Positions 58,413 to 64,000 of a stretch of 64,000 nt of DNA are shown one piece after another; the stretch's first letter is position 1; the number at the start of each line of letters is the position of its first letter. The notes under the pieces were generated by a model, which searched no databases, was not told the DNA's origin, and saw only the letters and a list, made by a program, of their open reading frames with translations. Origin of the DNA: Eledone cirrhosa (taxonomy: Eukaryota); NCBI GenBank assembly GCA_964016885.1, contig OZ024751.1:21576001-21640000 (forward strand), read 5' to 3'. Position numbers and translations under genes: made by a program.

Positions 58413-58867
58413 TATTAGATTAAATACCTCGGTATTTATTCTGTATAATGTTTGTGTCTTTTGGCTAGTGAAGGAGACAAGCTTTGCGTAACCCCATTGA
58501 AAAATATTTGGAGGATTCTTTGTTCATGATGTCAGTGTTGGTTTGGCGTGAGATGTCTACTGTGTTGATACTGTGAGATGCTTCAGTGTGGAAGTTCGGG
58601 AAAGAATGACGGGTGGTATTGTCTACATTGAAGTGATCGTTGTTACAGGCAAACAGCTAGTAGGCCGTTGACATTTCATCATGTGCATACCAAAAAAATC
58701 TATATTATAATAATTGTATGGCGTGTTTGTCCGTCTGTCACACACGAACGTTGCAACCCATCAAAAACATTGCAATTGTTTGAGAGTTTTTTTTAGAATT
58801 CATGAAACACTAATGTAGGGGTTCAAATATTATGTATCGTATATATGTGTGTGTATACATATATATA

Positions 58868-58939
58868 TAGGGTGTCCCCAAAAATGTATACACATATTTA
58901 TGAGAATGCTTTTGAAGTTTGTATACATTTGGGGGGATA

Positions 58940-58945
<6 letters not shown>
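58868..58945. mobile_element. Tc1/mariner-type mini-MITE in TA repeat
   Basis: TAGGGTGTCCCCAAAAATGTATACA / TGTATACATTTGGGGGGATAGTCTA imperfect TIRs. Confidence 0.55.
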
Positions 58946-58976
<31 letters not shown>

Positions 58977-59006
58977 TAGATAGATAGATAGATAGATACA
59001 TACATA

Positions 59007-59307
59007 ACTAGTCAGGAAATTACAAGTACAATCCATTAATGGAACAGTAAAAAATATGTAAAACATTCCAAACATTTTGCATCTAATAACTGTATATACA
59101 CATGTACAGATGCAAAGCGTATGCACATGCACACATATAACTCAAAATATACACATCCACTACAATAACATCCATATCTACATATGCATACATACATATC
59201 TACCTAGTTGATGTTGTGTAAATTCCAATGAGAGAGTCTTGCGTCTATGTTAGAAACCGACTCTCTCTCTATCGGCAAAAATTTGTGAAATTATAAAACC
59301 AGAAGAA
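59007..59307 (+). mobile_element. Short 3'-end copy of the R4/Dong-like element, flanked by (CATA)n
   Basis: 59007-59160 matches 61224-61378; 3'UTR hairpin GAGAGAGTC/GACTCTCTC; CATA repeats on both sides. Confidence 0.8.
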
Positions 59308-59322
59308 CATACATACATACAT

Positions 59323-61385
59323 CACAGATGGAAAAAAATGGTATTTGGATGGGTGCTGAACAACTCCTAATCAACAAAACTGCGATGTCGGGGGTGCGAC
59401 AACTTAGGTTATGGCTACAGTCTGGCTGGACTACAGGAAAGCATTTGATTCTGTTCACCACTCTTAGATGATGGAGGCCCCTCCACTTGCTAAAGTCCCA
59501 GACATTATTATCAGAGCCATAGAGAAGCTGTCTTCTTCTTGGGCTACTATCCTAAAGTTAAAAACAAAGAAGGAGGACTCTATTTTCACTGATAAAATAG
59601 AATATCACAGGGGTATATTTCAGGAAGATAGTCTCTCTGTGCTAGTATTTATCCTGACATTAAACCCCTTGTCCTTTCTGCTCAAGAAATGTGATGGATA
59701 CATCATTGGCTCACAGGAGGACAGAAATACGAACTTAACCCATATTTTCTTTGTGGATGACCTGAAACTATGCCAAGAACATAAATGGGATGAAACAAAC
59801 TCTTGACCTCAAATGATATAGGAATGGAGTTTCTCAAAGATAAATGTTCATATAGGATTGTAAAGCGGGGAAAAGTTACAACCCAATCTAGCAACATTTT
59901 TATCAATGGCCTAACTGTTTCACCACTATCTGTCGAGGACTGCTACATATACCTGGGGATAGATGAGACTATATCCTATAAGGGTATTTGTAATAAGGAA
60001 CGCGTAACCAAGGAAATATTACACCAGATTAAGAAAAATGTGATCATCGGAACTCTCTGCGCACAATAAAACAGTGGCTAACAATGTGTTTGTTGTGTCT
60101 GTCCTAACACCAACGTTTGGAATACTCGAGTGGACGATTGACGAAATCCGAACAATTAATATTAAAAACTCGAAAAATCCTAAACAACACCGGAAACTTC
60201 CGCATCAACAGTGACATAGACCGCCTCTACTTGAAACGTAAGCGGGGAGGCAGAGGCCTAGCATCAGTCCAGACAGCATTTGAATGTCGCATCATATCCC
60301 TCCGCCAACATTTACGAACCTCCAAGCGCTGGAGCCCATCTATTGAGTAAATCTGTCTGCATGAGACAGATAAGAGCATGAGAGTTGGGAAGGAACTCCT
60401 TGAAAGATACTCCCTGCATGATAATCAAAACATCATACCCAGGGGAATTGCCCAGCAATACCGCAGCGAATCCATGGATGAAAATCTGCATTCTTATCAG
60501 CAAAAGATCACGCATGGATATGTTGCCAGGAATCTCCAGAGTGAGAATAATATAGATAAGCAAAGTAGTCTATCTCGGAGCAACAACCGCTATATTGGCT
60601 CCCACTTTGAAGGATACGCTTTTGCAATCCATGAGCTGGAAATCAACACAAAATACCTGATTCACAAAAGAGATAGGGATGCAGGCAAAACACTTAGATG
60701 TGACAACAAATGCAGACTCTGCAGAACTAGCATCGAAAATGTCACCCATGTCATAAGCAGCTGCCCAAAGATGTCATCACGGTACTATCTACATATGAGG
60801 CATGGTGTAGTGACCAAAACAATGCAATCTGTAGAAAAGATAGACCGGACAATAAACACATTAAAAGTTACAGCAATGTGGAAGACATACACATACATAA
60901 TATGAAACAGTACTGGTGGAATGTTCCAGTCCAAACCCCAATGAAATGCAAGCATAATAGACCAGATATAATGATATGAGACAGGAAAAAGTAGGCATGC
61001 ACAGTAGTGAAGGTTAGCTGCCCAGCAGATGCCGATATAATATTAAAGATTAGGGAAAAGGAGAATATCTATGCAGAACTAATGAGAAATCTGCAAATAC
61101 TCCACCCTGACTATACCTTCAGATTTATACCTATGATTACTGGGGCACTGGGGTTATTAACATTTAATAACTGCCTTAGTACAAATCTTGAGAAGCTGGG
61201 CTTCACAGAAATAGAAAGACCACGACTAGTTAGGAAATTACAAGTACAATCCTTTAATAGAACAGTAAACATATGTAAAACATTCCAGAAATTCTGCATC
61301 TAATAACTGCATATACACATGTACAGATACAAAGCATATGCACATGCACACATATAACACAAAACATACACACCCATACCTGCAC
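59323..61385 (+). mobile_element. 5'-truncated, frameshifted R4/Dong-clade non-LTR retrotransposon (RT + CCHC + restriction-like endonuclease)
   Basis: EQLLINK, WLDYRKAFDSVHH, RGIFQEDSLS, FFVDDLKL, YLGIDE, RLYLKRKRGGRGL, CRLCRTSIENVTHVISSC, NRPDI, VSCP...KENIYAEL; multiple stops and frameshifts. Confidence 0.9.
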
Positions 61386-62569
61386 ACACATGCATGCATT
61401 GCAGACATGCATGTCCCTTGTGCACTAAAGCCAGTTGTATCGATCTTAAAGCTGATGAGATGGCACTGAGAGATGGCTGATGAGATTGGACTGTCTGTAT
61501 TCGTTCATTTTCCTGTTTTTGCCCATATTTCTAGTTTGGGGGGTCCGGGGTGTGCGCGCGCGTGTGTGTGTGTACGACCCATAAACACATACTTTTGTAA
61601 GAAATTGGCGAAGAAACCTAAAATTACTTATTCCATTCCTTAAAAGAATGGTTTCTGCATTAGAGTTGGCAATACGTTGCTCTAAAGAACACGAAGATGA
61701 AACTGGGATTCGACTTGCTTTATGTCGATTCCCTGTTTAACTCTTAAGTTTATATGCAGCTGGCGTACCTGGGTTCTTTTTACCCAGATTTTCCTCAGCC
61801 TTTCAGTCCTGAATTACATGATGTTATTGTTGTTGTTTTTGCTGTTGTTGCTGCTATTGTTTTACAGCTTAATTCTTACGTTTATACGCAGCTGGCGTCC
61901 CAGGGTATTTTTTACTCAGATTTGTCCACAGTCATTCAATGTCCTGGATTTCATTATTCTTGCTGTTGTCGTTGTTGTTGTTGGTGGTGGTGGTGGTGGT
62001 GTTGTTGTCTTGCTACTTTGGTTCACGTGACAGGTGTAATAGACAGTTGCAGCTCTTTCATGAGTCAGCCAGGTCAGGAGGTGTGGAATGGCAATAAAGG
62101 CAGGGGGAGCAGCAGTGTCTGTGACCTTCTTAGACTCTCCTTCCAGACTGAAGTGACGTTGATGCCATTGATGTTCAATTTGAGTGTCATGTCGGTAGGA
62201 AAAAAAACAATAAACATGGGCGTTGGCACTGGCGAGGACGGTGGTGGCGGTGGTGGTGGTGGTGGTGGTGGTGGTGGTGGTGGTGGTGGTGGTGGTGGTG
62301 GTGACGGCACTGGTGGTGGAAATGGCGGTAGTGGGATGTAATTTCAGTTGGTACAACTCTGTGAAAGAAGGATTGGGACAGAAATATTTGGTGCGATATC
62401 TGTGAGGTATGACACTGTGAGGATGACGGGTAGGGGAAAGAAGAACGTTGGTGGTGAGCGAGAGTGTAGGTGCTAGAGATCTAGCTAGTATATATGTATG
62501 ACTAAGTCTAAAGTCTGTCTTAAGCCAGAAGGCTCATTTGTTTGGGGGTTTTTTCCCGGTTTCATGCCG

Positions 62570-62785
62570 TGAAGGGACTGAGAGTACAAGACTTCCCCCT
62601 GGACAGAACGCCAGTCCATCGAGAGTTAAACCCCGAGCTATTGCTGGTACTCGTTTTCAGCTGAGTATATTGGGGTAACGTGAAATGAAGTGTTTTGCAC
62701 AAGAACACAACACGTAACCCAGGAATCGAACCCACAACGTTATGATTGTAAGTCCAACACCCTTACCACTCGGCCACGTACCTTC
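62570..62785 (-). mobile_element. tRNA-derived SINE (second family)
   Basis: Minus: TGGCCGAGTGGTAAGG...GGTTCGATTCCTGG...GTGTTCTTGTGCAAAACACTTCATTTCACG. Confidence 0.82.
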
Positions 62786-62984
62786 ATATATGTATGTAGA
62801 GACTCGTAACTCCTGATTTAGTCGTAGGAATACCGTAGTGATATACAGCGTGTCTTGCGTCTTTAACCTGGTGGAGAACATTCTCTCTCCAGGTTTGAGC
62901 CCAGCCCGATTTCTTTCAGTGAAGAAGAGAGAGAGGGTGGTGCGAGAGAAGACGAGTGAGAAATATATATAGAGAGAGAGAGAG

Positions 62985-63125
62985 AATTGACCTCAGTGCT
63001 GGACTGATACTTTTTCTATCGTCACCCCGATAGAATGAAAGGCAAACTTGACCTCAGTGGGGTTTCAAAGAGCTCAGAGAACCAGAACGAATACCGCAAA
63101 TCTTTTTATCCAACGTTCTAACGAC
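62985..63125 (-). mobile_element. Degraded SINE
   Basis: GAATGAAAGGCAAACTTGACCTC core. Confidence 0.7.
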
Positions 63126-63301
63126 TCATACAAGCAGCCACCCTTCAACTTGTCAGTGCCGAGAATCAAATGTAGGACAAAAGCTAGTTGCTGTGTTGAG
63201 TGTTGAGTGTTGCTGTGTTGAGTGTTGAGTGTTTTAGTATATATATTTATGCTTTGGGATTAGGACAATGGGATTGATGAGTTAATATCTGTATACAACA
63301 A

Positions 63302-63625
63302 CTACAACGGTACGCGGTGGGGCCCACCCACAGCCCCGGCGGACAGAATGGAGAAGGCGTTTCCCCGGAGGACGGCAAGGGAGACGCGCTGGAAAAGCCA
63401 CTTCAACTCGCGGGGCTCACACCTGCGGCTGGCCAGCTCACCGCCTATGGTGGTGAGTAAGGATGTAGCCCCGGGGCCGAGGAAGGACACCAGAAGTCTC
63501 CATTGCCAGGGGTACGACCGCAAACCTGTCGGAGAGCGACCGGTATTTGAGGAGTTTGGCCCCCTCAGCCCGACGTGCAGCAGTACCTGGGTCAGTTGCG
63601 GCTACAGAAAGTGTCGATGCTGTTG
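63302..63625 (-). mobile_element. CRE-clade non-LTR retrotransposon 3' fragment (RLE C-terminus)
   Basis: AEGAKLLKYRSLSDRFAVVP (frameshift) LGPGA...WLFQRVSLAVLRGNA; matches the CRE QR.S.A..RGNA motif. Confidence 0.75.
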
Positions 63626-64000
63626 ATTTTGAATTTGATATTGTCGTAGTTGTTGTTTAGCCACAGGTCAAACCTGATTGAGCTCACTTTATGATCAAAG
63701 GTATCGCATGCAGCAGTAATCATTTCGTTTTTTTTTGTTTTTTTTTTGTTTTTTGTTTTTTGTTTTTTTTCCTCTGTGCAAAGAACTTAGGACTGCATTA
63801 TCTAATGTGCCTTTTTCTAAAACGGTGGAATGTGATGAGGGATTGGGGGAAGGGTCAACGTCTAGAACAGACGTTTTCAAGCGTGGAGCAATAGATTTGG
63901 GGGAATATTTTACCCGTAGTCAACCCAAAGTAAGAACGATGACAAAGTAAGAACGATGACAAAGTTCACAAATGTAAAGGTGGCGACTTGGTAGAGTCAG

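Noticed and set aside
59468-61303. Active retrotransposon ORF
   Set aside because: 5'-truncated and broken by several frameshifts and stops
61452-61490. Two CTGATGAG motifs after the Dong-like element
   Set aside because: No downstream stem II/GAAA/stem III, so not a hammerhead
61916-62405. Possible low-complexity exon around (GGT)n
   Set aside because: No recognisable domain, and no consistent frame with splice sites

Overview
Repeat-saturated eukaryotic non-coding DNA. It is most likely a cephalopod (Octopus-type) genome, inferred from the dominant tRNA-derived SINE and the very high microsatellite load. I cannot support any intact host gene: nearly all listed ORFs are microsatellite read-through. 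The window holds an 8.4-kb 23-bp G-rich satellite with higher-order structure, several minisatellites, about 20 SINE copies, two mariner-type MITEs and decayed non-LTR retrotransposons (RTE, Tx1/L1-like, CR1/L2-like, R4/Dong-like RT-RLE, CRE-like). The main signal is a dense set of small non-coding elements in or next to (TA)n tracts. They have Penelope-like inverted/tandem architecture and carry type I hammerhead ribozyme motifs: about 10 complete cores read by eye, plus several half motifs. They include a 556-bp tandem retrozyme-like unit, one family whose inverted arm stops exactly at the predicted self-cleavage site, and a 263-bp unit carrying a tRNA-like module where no hammerhead is visible. 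All ribozyme calls are manual base-pairing inferences, not covariance-model hits or assays.
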